Position numbers and translations under genes: made by a program. From assembly GCA_900548775.1 (NCBI GenBank), contig URLM01000007.1, positions 1,798 through 65,797 on the forward strand: 64,000 nucleotides of DNA, written 5' to 3'. The notes beneath the pieces are model-generated. The model was not told the origin of the DNA. It saw nothing but the letters and a program-made list of their open reading frames with translations, and searched no databases. This document shows, one piece after another, positions 34,520 to 49,446 of the stretch (positions are counted from its first letter, which is position 1; every line of letters begins with the position of its first letter). The stretch comes from an uncultured Olsenella sp. (lineage in GTDB: Bacteria; Actinomycetota; Coriobacteriia; Coriobacteriales; Atopobiaceae).

Positions 34520-35396
34520 CCAACGCCTCGCGGAAGGCCTCCGCGGTATGGGGGTCCTTGAGCGCCATGCGCGCATTGGTAGCCGCCCAGGCCGCCGGGG
34601 TACCCGTATCGCAACCCTCGTCGGGGTCAACCACCAGCGCGTACATCTCCTCTTCGTCGAGGAGGCGCTGCATCGCGTCGGTAAGCTGGATCTCGTTTCC
34701 GGCACCCGGCGCCTGCGTTGCCAGCAGGTCCATGACGCGGGGCGAGAGAAGGTAGCGACCAACGATGAAGAGGTGGGAGGGGGCGTCCTCGGGCTTTGGC
34801 TTCTCGACGAGACCAGTCACCTTCCAGACGGCTCCCTCGTCCTCCTCGCCGCAGCCCGAACCGTCGAGGCTGCCAACGCACTGGCCCGCGATGATGCCGT
34901 AACGGCTCACCTGGTCTGCCGGCACGGGCGCGACCGCGATGACGGAGGCTCCGTTATGCTCTCGAGAGACCTGCGCCATGCGGACGCACATCTGCTTGTC
35001 GGGAACGAAGTAATCGCCGAGAAGCACGAAGAAGGGCTCCCCGTCGATCTTCTCGGCGGCGCAATGGACGGCATGCCCAAGCCCGCGCGGGTTGTCCTGG
35101 TAGACGAAGGAGACGGGAAGGGTCGAGGCCTCGTGGATGCGGTCTGCCGCCTCGTCCTTGCCACGCTCGCGAAGCATGCCCTCGAACTGCTCGTCAACGG
35201 AGAAGTACTGCTCGATCTGCGGCTTCTCACGCGAGTTCACGATAACGACGCCATCGACGCCCTGGGGCTCGAGTGCCTCCTCGACGACATACTGGAGGAT
35301 GGGCTTGTCGAGGACAGGCAGGAGCTCTTTGGGCATGCACCTTGTCGCAGGCAGAAAGCGCGTACCAAGACCTGCCGCCGGAATGATTGCCTTCAT
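34500..35396 (-). CDS. galU: UTP--glucose-1-phosphate uridylyltransferase
   Basis: MKAIIPAAGLGTRFLPAT..PKELLP, GLGHAV, LVEKP. Confidence 0.92.
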   Translation of the reverse strand: MKAIIPAAGLGTRFLPATRCMPKELLPVLDKPILQYVVEEALEPQGVDGVVIVNSREKPQIEQYFSVDEQFEGMLRERGKDEAADRIHEASTLPVSFVYQDNPRGLGHAVHCAAEKIDGEPFFVLLGDYFVPDKQMCVRMAQVSREHNGASVIAVAPVPADQVSRYGIIAGQCVGSLDGSGCGEEDEGAVWKVTGLVEKPKPEDAPSHLFIVGRYLLSPRVMDLLATQAPGAGNEIQLTDAMQRLLDEEEMYALVVDPDEGCDTGTPAAWAATNARMALKDPHTAEAFREALGDEALG

Positions 35397-35576
35397 TGTG
35401 CTTGTAATCCCTTCGATAGTTGGCAGTTGCGGCATAAATCGCCAGGGACACCATACCCCTGCGCATGCCCTGATTGCCCCGCCTTCTCTTAGCGGCAGCC
35501 CTCAGCCGGACGCACGGCCACGCCGTGGGTCCCCCACACACGGCGTACACAACGGGTGCATCAAACGCCCACGAGA

Positions 35577-36005
35577 CTACTCTGGAATCGTTACGCCTTG
35601 TGCGGAAAGGTACTCGATGAGACGAGACATGGTATCAGCAGAGAGGACGTGCTCCATGAGGCAGGCCTCCTCGTCCGCGCGCTCCGCCTCGACACCCAGG
35701 TCGGTCTCAAGAAACGCTCGCAGCGCCCGGTGCGCGCGCCACACGATGGCGGCATACTCCTTGCCCTCCGGGGTCAAGGTCACGCGCCCGTAACGGCTCT
35801 GGTTGACCATGCCCTCTTCCTTGAGCATCGAGAGCGCCTTGTTCACGCTTGCCTTAGAGACATCGAGCTGCTCCGCAACGTCGACGGAGCGAACGCTGCC
35901 GTCGGGCTCAGCCGATGCCACAGAGAGCCTGTATATCGACTCGAGATAGTCTTCGCCCGCCCTTGTGAGGGCATGATCCTGATTTCCTTCAACTGATAGA
36001 GCCAT
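35577..36005 (-). CDS. DtxR/MntR family metal-dependent transcriptional regulator
   Basis: EDYLESIY, VRSVDVAEQLDVSKASV, EACLMEH. Confidence 0.9.
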   Translation of the reverse strand: MALSVEGNQDHALTRAGEDYLESIYRLSVASAEPDGSVRSVDVAEQLDVSKASVNKALSMLKEEGMVNQSRYGRVTLTPEGKEYAAIVWRAHRALRAFLETDLGVEAERADEEACLMEHVLSADTMSRLIEYLSAQGVTIPE

Positions 36006-36070
36006 GAGAAGTCTCCCCCGTCTTGCTGTACGCGCCATACGACGCGCGCCTTGGAGACATTATCCCCAAG

Positions 36071-37270
36071 TCACTGGCCCTTTGACGTCGACGCGGAGGA
36101 TGATGCGGATTCGGCGGAATGCGAGGGGGACGTCGTCGTGTTTGCCGAGTCCGTCGTGCCCTCGGCGGTGGTCTCCGATTCCTTGGACGAGGAGCCCTCG
36201 TCTTTGTAGCCGTATCTGTCGACGTCAAAGGTGGAGGGATCCTCACCAGCATCGACGACCTTCATCATCTCGTCGAGGGCATCCCAGTCTGCGATGACGT
36301 ACGAAACTCCGTCGACCTCCTTGGGCTCCGAGGGCACGTAGGCGGTGTAGATGTCCTTCTCCGTGTCCATGCCCACCATCTCTGAGCCGAGGGAGACGAT
36401 CTCGGCAACCGAGAGGTCGGTTGAGATGACGTCTGCGGTGGCATCTACGAGACTGACGATCCTGGTGGGGTCATTGGTCGCCAGCAGCTGGTTGAGCATC
36501 GCCTTGATGAAGGTGCGCTGGTGGCGCATGCGCGTGTAGTCGCCGTCGGGGAAGTGACGGCACCTGCAGTAGAAGAGCGCCTGGGCGCCGTTGAGCGTCT
36601 GGACGCCGGGGTCGAGCTCGGTGACGTCATCGAAGTTCTCGGTGTCCTTCATGTGCTGGTCAACGTCGACCGTTACGCCGCCCATGGCATCGGTAAGCGT
36701 CGAAAGGCCATCGAAGGCAATCTCTGCATAGTGAGAAACCTGGACGCCGCACTTCTCGCTCACGATCTGCACCATTCCCGCGGCGCCATCGTAGGTGTGC
36801 ACGCCGTTGATCTTCATGGTGGTGCCCTTCCACTCGACCATGGTGTCGCGCGGAATGGAGAGAAGCGTCACCCGCTTGTTGGGCGGGTCGATGCGGGCGA
36901 GGATGATGGTGTCGGCGCGGTAGTCCGTCTCGCCAGGACGGCCATCGGTGCCGAGAAGAAGCACGTAGTATGGGTCGTTTGGCTCGGCGGGCGTATCGTC
37001 TGCAGCCGGCGCAGCAAGCGACTGCTGAAGCTCTGGCGTGATGACCTGGCTGTTGTTCATGCGGCTCTGGACGCCGTTGATCCAGAGCGCAAACGCCGTG
37101 CCGCCACAGGCGAGAACCACGACGAGCGCGATGATCACGCCGCGAACGACACCGCTGCGCACGCCCTGCTTGCGGCGCTTCTCGCTGTAGCGCCCGACGT
37201 TGCTTCGGCTGTACTCGTTGGGAGCGCTGGTGTCAGGGTCGGTACCCTCGGTTCTCATGTGCTTGCTCAT
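36071..37270 (-). CDS. LCP (LytR-CpsA-Psr) family cell-wall glycopolymer ligase
   Basis: N-terminal TM helix; LLLGTDGR, RADTIIL, LSIPRDT, CRCRH, DYTRMRHQ. Confidence 0.9.
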   Translation of the reverse strand: MSKHMRTEGTDPDTSAPNEYSRSNVGRYSEKRRKQGVRSGVVRGVIIALVVVLACGGTAFALWINGVQSRMNNSQVITPELQQSLAAPAADDTPAEPNDPYYVLLLGTDGRPGETDYRADTIILARIDPPNKRVTLLSIPRDTMVEWKGTTMKINGVHTYDGAAGMVQIVSEKCGVQVSHYAEIAFDGLSTLTDAMGGVTVDVDQHMKDTENFDDVTELDPGVQTLNGAQALFYCRCRHFPDGDYTRMRHQRTFIKAMLNQLLATNDPTRIVSLVDATADVISTDLSVAEIVSLGSEMVGMDTEKDIYTAYVPSEPKEVDGVSYVIADWDALDEMMKVVDAGEDPSTFDVDRYGYKDEGSSSKESETTAEGTTDSANTTTSPSHSAESASSSASTSKGQ

Positions 37271-37302
37271 CAGCCGCTCCGCATTCTTCTCGCGCGAGAA
37301 AA

Positions 37303-38589
37303 CTAGTCCCTGATGGCGTCTTCGTCGTCGGGGACCGCGTCGCGCTCTGCCTTGGCGCCAAGCGAGACGAGCTTGCTCACGAAGCCCTCGTACCCGCGCT
37401 CAATGTGATGAATGGCAGAGACCGTGGTGATTCCGTCGGCGACAAGCCCCGCCATGACCAGCGCCGCACCCCCGCGCAGGTCGGGAGACTTGACCTGGGT
37501 GCCCGAGAAGCCCGGCACGCCGTGCACGATGGCGTGGTGCCCCTCGATGGTGATGTCTGCCCCCATGCGCTGCAGCTCGCTCGCGAACATGAAGCGATTC
37601 TCGAAGACGTTCTCCGTAATCACGCACGAGCCCTGTGCCAACGCGAGAAGGCACATGGTCTGGGCCTGCATGTCGGTAGGAAAGCCCGGGAAGGGAAGCG
37701 TCTGAATGTCGGTTGGAAGAATCGGACCCTCGCGCCAGACCGTACAGCCGCGAACGTCACGCTTGACGGAGATGCCCATCTTCTCGAACTTCTTGAGAAC
37801 GAGCCCGAGGTGGAGGGGATCGAACCCGTTGACGGTCACGGGCTCGCCGCAAAGACCGCCTATGGCGAGGAAGGTCCCAGCCTCGATGCGGTCGCCAACC
37901 ACGGTGTGCGTGACCGGGTGGAGCTCCCCTACGCCCTCGATCTCAATGACAGGAGACCCAGCGCCACGAATCTTGGCGCCCATCTCGTTGAGCATGATCG
38001 CAAGGTCCACGATCTCTGGCTCGCGGGCAGCGTTGTCGATGATGGTCGTGCCCCTTGCATGGACGGACGCCATCATGAGGTTCTCGGTGGCGCCAACGCT
38101 TGCGAAGGCGAGGGTGACCGTGTTGCCCGTAATGCCATTGGGCGTGGTGGCGTGGATGTTCCCGTGCTTGACGTCAAACTGGACGCCCAGTTCCTCCAAG
38201 CCGAGGATGTGCATGTCGATCTTGCGGGCACCGATGTTGCACCCGCCCGGCATGGCCACGACGGCCTTGCCAAAGCGCGAGATGAGCGGACCGAGGACCG
38301 CTGTTGACGCACGCATCTGCGCGACAAGCTCGTAGGGCGTCTCCCACTTGTCGACGTTGGAGGTATCGATGACCAGGGTGTGCTTGTCAAGTACGTCGAT
38401 GGTCGCCCCGAGGCGCTTGAGCACCTTCCCCATGACGTGGACGTCTGCGATGTTGGGGACGTTCTTCAGAGTTGTGACGCCCGGTGCCATGATGGTTGCC
38501 GCCATGAGCTTGAGCGCTGAGTTCTTGGCGCCCTCGACGGTGACCTCACCAGAAATGGGATGCCCGCCCTCGACCTTGATGACGTCCAT
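37303..38589 (-). CDS. murA: UDP-N-acetylglucosamine 1-carboxyvinyltransferase
   Basis: GAKNSAL, PGGCNIGAR (active-site Cys), GFPTDMQ, FENRF, DLRGGAA. Confidence 0.96.
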   Translation of the reverse strand: MDVIKVEGGHPISGEVTVEGAKNSALKLMAATIMAPGVTTLKNVPNIADVHVMGKVLKRLGATIDVLDKHTLVIDTSNVDKWETPYELVAQMRASTAVLGPLISRFGKAVVAMPGGCNIGARKIDMHILGLEELGVQFDVKHGNIHATTPNGITGNTVTLAFASVGATENLMMASVHARGTTIIDNAAREPEIVDLAIMLNEMGAKIRGAGSPVIEIEGVGELHPVTHTVVGDRIEAGTFLAIGGLCGEPVTVNGFDPLHLGLVLKKFEKMGISVKRDVRGCTVWREGPILPTDIQTLPFPGFPTDMQAQTMCLLALAQGSCVITENVFENRFMFASELQRMGADITIEGHHAIVHGVPGFSGTQVKSPDLRGGAALVMAGLVADGITTVSAIHHIERGYEGFVSKLVSLGAKAERDAVPDDEDAIRD

Positions 38590-38640
38590 GTTCCTCCTGC
38601 AAAAGGAAGGCGACCCCGCTTTCGCGGGGCCACCAGGGTC

Positions 38641-39066
38641 TTAGTTCTGCTTCTGCTCCGCCGCTTGTTTGAGCAGTAGGTTACACCACTTTACCTTGTT
38701 CTCCCAGTACGCCCTGCGCCCGTCGCCAGCGTCGAGGCCATTCAGGGTATCCAAGGCGGTGTCGCGGGTCTCGCGCACGACATCAGGCTCGATGTCGTTT
38801 GCGAGACGGGCGTGGTCGGCAAGGATGATGACGCCCTTGTCGTCAATCTGGGCGTAGCCGCCAGAGATGACGACCTTCTCCACCCCGCCGCCGTCCTCCT
38901 CGCGAAGGTGCAGGCGAACCACGCCGTCACCCAGCGAGCAGATCTCTGGCGCGTGTCCGGGCCACACGCCCAGCTCGCCAGAGTGGGCGACCAGGATGAG
39001 GCTCGCGACGGGTCCCTCGTAGAGGAGCCTGTCCGGGCGGACGAACTGACAATTGAGCTCGGCCAT
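38641..39066 (-). CDS. atpC: ATP synthase F1 epsilon
   Basis: GELGVWPGHAP, ISGGYA; last gene of the atp operon. Confidence 0.9.
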   Translation of the reverse strand: MAELNCQFVRPDRLLYEGPVASLILVAHSGELGVWPGHAPEICSLGDGVVRLHLREEDGGGVEKVVISGGYAQIDDKGVIILADHARLANDIEPDVVRETRDTALDTLNGLDAGDGRRAYWENKVKWCNLLLKQAAEQKQN

Positions 39067-39074
39067 GTGTCTTC

Positions 39075-41482
<2,408 letters not shown>

Positions 41483-41488
41483 AGATCG

Positions 41489-43179
<1,691 letters not shown>

Positions 43180-43183
<4 letters not shown>

Positions 43184-43653
43184 TGCTCTTCACCTCCGAT
43201 GAATGCCGAGGAGAGCGACTTCCTAATGTGCGAGAGCTGGGCGCGCACCGAGGCATCCATGCGCTTTCCGCGCGCCTCGAGAAGGACGCCGCCCAGGATG
43301 CTGGGGTCTACGCGCTCAACGAGATAGACGGGTGCGTTAAGCAGCTTCTCCGACTGGGCGCGCACCTTGTCGCGCAGCGCGTCGTCCATGGGGACGGCCG
43401 TGGTGACGGTGACCGAGACGGTCTTGTCCTCGGTGTCCAGTAGCTCCTTGTACTGCTTGGCGACCTGGTCGATGAGGTCTGCGTCATCCTCGGCCTGCAT
43501 GGCGGAGAGGGTCTCCAGCACCTCGGGCGAGAACTTCTTGGCATGCTGCCACTGGACCAGGTCGGCGTTCGCGCGGCCCTCCTGACGGGCGGCCTCGAGC
43601 AGCGCCCTGGTGTAGGCCTCCGCCTTCTCTTCGTCGGCTCGCTTAATGCTCAT
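43180..43653 (-). CDS. atpH: ATP synthase delta (short)
   Basis: [34 protein letters not shown]; between atpF and atpA. Confidence 0.88.
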
Positions 43654-44251
43654 CGGGGGCGCTCACTTCCGCGAGGTACTTCTCAGCAAGCCTGCGCTGC
43701 TGGTCCTCGGTAAGGTCGTTGCCAATGATCTTGCTCGCGATCTCGACGGAGAGGTCGACGACGGAGCTAGAGAGCTCGATCGTTGCCTTGCGGCGCTCGG
43801 AGTCCACGGCACCATGCGCCTTGGCGATGATGTCCGAAGCCTCGTGCTGCGCCTTGGCGAGAATCTGCGAGCGCTCCTCCTCGGCCTCCTTCTTGGCAGC
43901 GGAGATGATCTCCTCTGCCTTGTGGTTGGCCTCGACGAGCTTGTCCTCGTAGCTCTGCGCCTCGGCGGCCGCCTTAGCCTTGGACTTCTCGGCGGAGTCG
44001 AGATCGTCCTGGATCTTCTGCTGGCGCTTCTCCATCATCCCGAGGATCGAGGGCCAAGCGAGCTTGGCCATGATGAGCCAGATGACGAGGAAGGCAATGA
44101 GCGCGGGGATGAACTCCGCGGGCTTGGGCAGAAGGAGGTCGGCGCCGCTGGGACCTTCGGCGAGGGCGACGGTGGGCAGCGAGAGGACCGTGCCCAGCAT
44201 GAGACCCGCGACGGTCGCAATGCGCGCGCTCCCCTTCATGTTCCTGTTCAT
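43643..44251 (-). CDS. atpF: ATP synthase Fo subunit b
   Basis: TM helix, WPSILGMMEKRQQKI, long coiled coil. Confidence 0.92.
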   Translation of the reverse strand: MNRNMKGSARIATVAGLMLGTVLSLPTVALAEGPSGADLLLPKPAEFIPALIAFLVIWLIMAKLAWPSILGMMEKRQQKIQDDLDSAEKSKAKAAAEAQSYEDKLVEANHKAEEIISAAKKEAEEERSQILAKAQHEASDIIAKAHGAVDSERRKATIELSSSVVDLSVEIASKIIGNDLTEDQQRRLAEKYLAEVSAPDEH

Positions 44252-44294
44252 ACGTCCCTCCAACTCAGCTTGTACGTCGTGTCGTGCCATGCAG

Positions 44295-44486
44295 CTAGGC
44301 GATCAGCGTCACGACGAAGCCGATGAGGGCCAGTGCCTCGACGAATGCGGAGCCCAGGATGAACACCGTAAACAGGCGCCCCTGGACCTCAGGCTGACGC
44401 GCCATCGACGTGGTTGCGCCGTAGGCAGCAAGACCGATACCGATGCCGGCGCCGATAACACCGAGACCATAACCAATGACTCCCAC
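44295..44486 (-). CDS. atpE: ATP synthase Fo subunit c (63 aa)
   Basis: GxGxGxG glycine zipper, ARQPE loop, catalytic E in FVEALA; GTG after AAAGGAGG. Confidence 0.93.
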   Translation of the reverse strand: MGVIGYGLGVIGAGIGIGLAAYGATTSMARQPEVQGRLFTVFILGSAFVEALALIGFVVTLIA

Positions 44487-44570
44487 GATTCCTCCTTTGT
44501 CACTCGCCTGGACCCAGGCGAACTCTGACGTCGTGCTATGCAAAGCGGTCGTGTTCCGCTAGTTGCCCTG

Positions 44571-45371
44571 TTACTCTTCCTCTTCCACGAGCTGGATGTA
44601 GACGGCCGAGAGAAGCGTGAAGACATACGCCTGGATGACGGCCACCAGAATCTCGACCAGGTAGATGACGATGAGGATGAGCACCCAGAAGACCGAGACG
44701 GCCGCCCCGCCGAGCGCCGCCACCGAGAAGCTCTGCAGCAGCGGCTCGAAGAAGAGCGATGCGAGAATTGCGAAGGTGCCCATGACCACGTGGCCGGCGA
44801 ACATGTTGCAGAAGAGTCGGACGGCCAGGGTGATGAGGCGCAGGAAGGTCGAGAAGAGCTCGATGACCCACACCATGATCGCCATGGGGAGAGGAAGGCC
44901 CTTGGGGGCAAAGCTCTTGAGGTAGCCGAGCACGCCCATGCGCTTGATGCCCACGGCGATGAAGTAGACGAACGAGACGAGGGCAAGCGCGGCGGTGACG
45001 CCAATGGTGCCGGTGCCCGGGTGGCAACCAGGGATGATGCCCACGATGTTGTTGAAGAGGATGAAGAAGAAGAGAGCCGCAATGAACGGGAAGTGCTTCT
45101 TCCAGGTGTCCCCGAGGATGGACTTGCACATGTCGTCCCGGGTGAACTCCACCAGGTACTCCATGCCGTTCACGAAGAAGCCCTGCGGGACGAGGCTCTG
45201 GGCCTGCTTCTTCTTGAACACGAACATGACGACAAAGAGCAGCGCGATGGCGACGAACATCCAGAAGATGTACTGCGTGAGGCCGACCGTGGTGTCTCCA
45301 ACCACGGCATGGCTCATGAAGCCGTCAAGCAGCTCATTCATCGCATCGGGCAACTTGGAAAGCGCGTCCAC
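44571..45371 (-). CDS. atpB: ATP synthase Fo subunit a
   Basis: RLITLAVRLFCNMFAGH, IQAYVFTLLSAVYI; GTG after GGAAGGA. Confidence 0.95.
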   Translation of the reverse strand: MDALSKLPDAMNELLDGFMSHAVVGDTTVGLTQYIFWMFVAIALLFVVMFVFKKKQAQSLVPQGFFVNGMEYLVEFTRDDMCKSILGDTWKKHFPFIAALFFFILFNNIVGIIPGCHPGTGTIGVTAALALVSFVYFIAVGIKRMGVLGYLKSFAPKGLPLPMAIMVWVIELFSTFLRLITLAVRLFCNMFAGHVVMGTFAILASLFFEPLLQSFSVAALGGAAVSVFWVLILIVIYLVEILVAVIQAYVFTLLSAVYIQLVEEEE

Positions 45372-45797
45372 TATTCGTCCTTCCTTCCACACTTCGCCTC
45401 CGCGTGGCCGAGGCAGTCCCTCTCGGGGGCCCGCGGATGTGCGCACGGGTCATATTCTACCCGCCTTATGCAGGGAACCATTCACGGGTCCCCCGTGCGG
45501 CAACGAGTCTGTGCCCGCTGACGCCGCCGCATCTTTCGCACGCGAGCGAGGCGAATGCCCGGGTGTCCAAAATGCAAAACGGGATATTAGCACTTTGGGA
45601 GTATGCGGGAATCAGGTTCCTGCATTTTTTTGAACTTGGTTCAATTAGTTGTCTCTGTAATAGCGTTTACCTGCGATGATGCAGAATCATCGCTTGCCAT
45701 GGAATTGTGCCGAGACGGCCTTCGCGTCATCAAATCCGCACGGATGACACAATTCGGACTTCTCGGCACTACTACCAATGGAGTAGATACGACCGCC

Positions 45798-46076
45798 CTA
45801 TTTGTGGGGAGCCTTTCGCCACGCGAGAAGCCCCGCAACGGTCACGAAGACGAGAAAAGAAAGTGCGGCGGCTCCGCCGAACGGTAGGGTGGCGGCCGGT
45901 CGAGCCAGGTGAACGGCAAGCGTGAGGAGCTGAATCCCGAAGAACGACGAGAGGATGCTTCCCAGGCCCGCCGCCATAGATGGCTTGTCTCCCCTCGCGA
46001 CGCGATGGAGGACGTAAAGGACAGGCGTGGCGGCGAGAAGCCCCGCCGCCACGCCCAGCGCAACCCAGAGCGTCAT
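45798..46076 (-). CDS. Small membrane protein upstream of the atp operon (possibly AtpI-like)
   Basis: 92-aa, about 3 TM helices; ATG immediately after the upp stop. Function assigned by position only. Confidence 0.5.
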   Translation of the reverse strand: MTLWVALGVAAGLLAATPVLYVLHRVARGDKPSMAAGLGSILSSFFGIQLLTLAVHLARPAATLPFGGAAALSFLVFVTVAGLLAWRKAPHK

Positions 46077-46077
46077 G

Positions 46078-46722
46078 CTACTTGGTGCCGTAGATGCGGT
46101 CGCCAGCGTCACCCAGACCGGGCAGGATGTAGGCGCTCTCGTTGAGGCATCTATCGACAGAGCACGTGAAGAGGCGTACGTCGGGGTCGTAGTCCAGAAC
46201 GGCCTTCACGCCTTCCGGGCATGAGACGATGGTGAGGCAGCGGATGTCCTTCACGCCGGCCTCGCGAAGGAACTGGATTGCCGCCGTGAGCGAGCCGCCC
46301 GTGGCAAGCATGGGGTCGACGACGAGGCAGGTGCGGTTCTCGACGTCGGGCGGGAACTTGCAGTAGTACTGATGCGGGACGTGGGTCTCGGGATCGCGGT
46401 ACATGCCAACGTGGCCCACGCGCGCGGAGGGAACGAGAGTGAGGATGCCGTCGACCATTCCCAGGCCAGCGCGCAGGATGGGGATGATGGCGACCTTCTT
46501 GCCGGCAATGCGCTTGCAGGTGGTCTTCTCAAGCGGGGTCTCCACCTCGACGTCCTCGAGCGGGAAGTCGCGCATGGCCTCATAGCCCTCGAAGATCGCG
46601 AGCTCCGTCACGAGCTCGCGGAACTGCTTGGTTCCGGTCCCCTTGTCCCTCAGGATGCTCAGCTTGTGCTGGACCAGGGGGTGGTCGACAACCGTGAGCC
46701 TGCTCTCGTCGTAATCTGCCAT
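46078..46722 (-). CDS. upp: Uracil phosphoribosyltransferase
   Basis: HPLVQHKL, PILRAGLGM, VDPMLATGGS, PGLGDAGDRIYGTK. Confidence 0.97.
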   Translation of the reverse strand: MADYDESRLTVVDHPLVQHKLSILRDKGTGTKQFRELVTELAIFEGYEAMRDFPLEDVEVETPLEKTTCKRIAGKKVAIIPILRAGLGMVDGILTLVPSARVGHVGMYRDPETHVPHQYYCKFPPDVENRTCLVVDPMLATGGSLTAAIQFLREAGVKDIRCLTIVSCPEGVKAVLDYDPDVRLFTCSVDRCLNESAYILPGLGDAGDRIYGTK

Positions 46723-46739
46723 GTGTGTCCCTTCTCGTA

Positions 46740-46833
46740 ATGAGACAAGGGGACTGCCCCCTTGTCTCATGGTCTTCCCCGAAAGACCTTAACACTTAGG
46801 AACGAGACAAAGGGACTGCCCCTTTGTCTCGTT
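46740..46833. repeat. Pair of REP-like palindromes GAGACAA(A/G)GGG-ACTGC-CCC(T/C)TTGTCTC
   Basis: Perfect 13-bp (46740-46770) and 14-bp (46801-46833) stems with the same ACTGC loop. Confidence 0.85.
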
Positions 46834-46840
46834 CGCCCCG

Positions 46841-48094
46841 CTAGAGCTCTGGATAGAGGGGGTGGGCCTGCAGGAGCTCCTTGACCTCGCCGGCAACGCG
46901 CTCCTGCGCGACGGCATCGCCGAGGTTGGTCACGACGTCGCCGATGAGCTCGCCGATGCGTTCGCACTCGGCCTCGCCAAAGCCGCGGGTGGTTGCCGCC
47001 GCAGAGCCCACGCGAATGCCGCTCGTGACGAAGGGCGAGCGCTGCTCGCCGGGGATGGTGTTCTTGTTGACCGTGATGCCCACGGCGTCGAGCGCAGCCT
47101 CGGCATCGCGACCAGTCACGTCACCGGCGGGCGTGAGGTCAACGAGGAGCAGGTGGTTGTCGGTGCCGCCGGTCACGAGCCTCAGGCCGCGCGACTCCAT
47201 GCCGCGGCCAAGCGCCTTGGCGTTGGCGAGAATTGCGTCAGTGTAGGCAGCAAACTCGGGACGCAGCGCTTCGCCAAAGGCAACGGCCTTGCCGGCGATG
47301 ACGTGCTCGAGCGGTCCGCCCTGCGTCCCCGGGAAGACCGACGAGTTGATCTTCTTCGAGATGGCGGGGTCGTTGCAGAGGATGATGCCGCCACGCGGGC
47401 CGCGCAGGGTCTTGTGCGTGGTGGAGGTCACAACGTCTGCGTAGGGCACCGGCGAAGGGTGGCGGCCGGTGGCCACGAGGCCGGCGATGTGGGCCATGTC
47501 CACCATGAGCGCCGCGCCGTTGTCGTGTGCGATCTGCGCGAAGCGCTCGAAGTCGATGGTGCGCGGGTAGGCAGAGGCGCCGGCGATGATGAGCTTGGGC
47601 TGGTACTTCTCGGCCTTTGCCGCCACGTCGTCGAAGTCGATGCGCTCGGTCTCGGGGTCGAGACCATAGGAGACGACGTTGTAGAGCTTGCCCGAGAAGT
47701 TCGCGGGCGAGCCGTGGGTGAGGTGGCCGCCGTTGTCGAGAGCCATGCCCATGATGGTGTCTCCCGGCTTGGCGAAGACCGCCTCGGCGGCGTAGTTTGC
47801 CTGGGCGCCCGAGTGAGGCTGGACGTTTGCGAAACCAGCGCCAAAGAGCCTCTTCACACGGTCGCGCGCGAGGTTCTCGACCTCGTCGACCGCCCAGCAG
47901 CCGCCGTAGTAGCGGTGGCCCGGAAGGCCCTCTGCGTACTTGTTGGTGAGCGGGGACCCAACGGCCTCCATCACAGAGAGCGAGACGAAGTTCTCGGAGG
48001 CGATGAGCTCGATGGAGTTGCGCTCTCGCGTGAGCTCGTCGCCGATGGCGGAGGCAAGCTCGGGGTCGGTGGCGCTCAGGTGCTCGAGGTACAT
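46841..48094 (-). CDS. glyA: Serine hydroxymethyltransferase
   Basis: [34 protein letters not shown]. Confidence 0.97.
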   Translation of the reverse strand: MYLEHLSATDPELASAIGDELTRERNSIELIASENFVSLSVMEAVGSPLTNKYAEGLPGHRYYGGCWAVDEVENLARDRVKRLFGAGFANVQPHSGAQANYAAEAVFAKPGDTIMGMALDNGGHLTHGSPANFSGKLYNVVSYGLDPETERIDFDDVAAKAEKYQPKLIIAGASAYPRTIDFERFAQIAHDNGAALMVDMAHIAGLVATGRHPSPVPYADVVTSTTHKTLRGPRGGIILCNDPAISKKINSSVFPGTQGGPLEHVIAGKAVAFGEALRPEFAAYTDAILANAKALGRGMESRGLRLVTGGTDNHLLLVDLTPAGDVTGRDAEAALDAVGITVNKNTIPGEQRSPFVTSGIRVGSAAATTRGFGEAECERIGELIGDVVTNLGDAVAQERVAGEVKELLQAHPLYPEL

Positions 48095-48161
48095 GGCATT
48101 CTCCTTCTTGGGCCGGATGGTCCGCGACAACGATGGCTGGCAGATGGTTACTACATGCGTG

Positions 48162-48635
48162 CTACAGGCCGAACTCCTCGGGGACGCCGGTGAACGCCGG
48201 ATCGTCCTCGCGCATGATCTTCTCGACGCGGGCGGCATGACGTCCGCCGGCGAACTCGGTGGTGAGGAAGGTGTCGACGATCTGCTCGTTTGTCTCGAGC
48301 GAGACGAAGCGGCCCGAGAGGCCTATGACGTTGGCATTGTTGTGCTCGCGAGCAAGCTGGGCGAACTGGACCGTCTGGACCGGCGTGGCGCGGATGCCGG
48401 GGACCTTGTCGGCCGTCATCGAGATGCCAAGACCGGTGCCGCAGATGACAACGCCGCGCTCGGCCTTTCCGGAGGCGACATAGCGGCCAACCTTGTCGCC
48501 AAAGTCCGGGTAGTCGCAGCGCTCGCCCGATCTTGGGCCAAGGTCGATGACGTCGTAGCCCTCCTCGCGGAGGTGCCGCACGATGGGCCCCTTCTGATCG
48601 AAGCCAGCGTGGTCAGAGGCAATGGCAACGCGCAT
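48162..48635 (-). CDS. rpiB: Ribose-5-phosphate isomerase B
   Basis: [33 protein letters not shown]. Confidence 0.93.
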   Translation of the reverse strand: MRVAIASDHAGFDQKGPIVRHLREEGYDVIDLGPRSGERCDYPDFGDKVGRYVASGKAERGVVICGTGLGISMTADKVPGIRATPVQTVQFAQLAREHNNANVIGLSGRFVSLETNEQIVDTFLTTEFAGGRHAARVEKIMREDDPAFTGVPEEFGL

Positions 48636-48810
48636 GGAGGCTCCTCTCTGCTCTGCGTGGACGCCCGCGCGGGACACCCTGTCTAGAGGATAGCGCGAGG
48701 GGACGCGCTGCGCGGCAACCATTCGTCCATGCGAAACACGCCTTTGCGAAACGTTGCGAAAACGGCCACTTCTTTGGCTGCCGGAGAGAGGGATTTAGCG
48801 CCGAGAAGGC

Positions 48811-49446
48811 CTAGACCTCCGCAACGCGCATGACGTCCTTCTCGGCAATCGCGCCCTCGCGAAGGACGCGGGGGACGGACCCCGTGCAGTCCACGATGGT
48901 GGACGCCACCGCGATGGGCGCAGGGCCGCCGTCAAGGGTGAGGTCTACGGCGTCGACTATCTGGGGCTCGATCGAGGCGCCGGAGGTTGCCGACGGCTCG
49001 CCGTGCGTGTTTGCGCTGGTCTGGGCAAGGGGTCCCACGCGGCGGGCCAGCTCGCGCACAAGCTGGGAGTTGGGGCAGCGGAGCGCAACGGTGCCAGTTG
49101 GCGCAAGGTACTCCGCAGGAAGGGCATCCGTGGCGGTGACCACCAGGGTGAGCGCGCCCGGCCAGTAGGCATGGGCGAGGGCGAAGGCCCAGGAGGGAAT
49201 GGTTGCCGCGAAGCGCAGAAGGTCCTCGGGGTCTGCCACGAACAAGGGGAGCGTCTGGGTGGCGGGACGGTTCTTGATGGCAAATATGCGCTGGTGGGCA
49301 GGGTTGCCTGTCGTCGCCGCGCACACGAGGCCGTAGACGGAATCCGTGGGCGAGACAATCACGCCACCGTTCTTGAGGATCTCGGCCGCGGCGTCAAGCG
49401 CCTCCGCCGAGGGGTTGTCCTGGCTTGCCTGCATCACACGACCCAT
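48811..49446 (-). CDS. tsaC: L-threonylcarbamoyladenylate synthase (TsaC/Sua5/YrdC)
   Basis: PTDSVYGL, KNRP, WPGALT, TSANTHG, STIVD. Confidence 0.9.
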   Translation of the reverse strand: MGRVMQASQDNPSAEALDAAAEILKNGGVIVSPTDSVYGLVCAATTGNPAHQRIFAIKNRPATQTLPLFVADPEDLLRFAATIPSWAFALAHAYWPGALTLVVTATDALPAEYLAPTGTVALRCPNSQLVRELARRVGPLAQTSANTHGEPSATSGASIEPQIVDAVDLTLDGGPAPIAVASTIVDCTGSVPRVLREGAIAEKDVMRVAEV

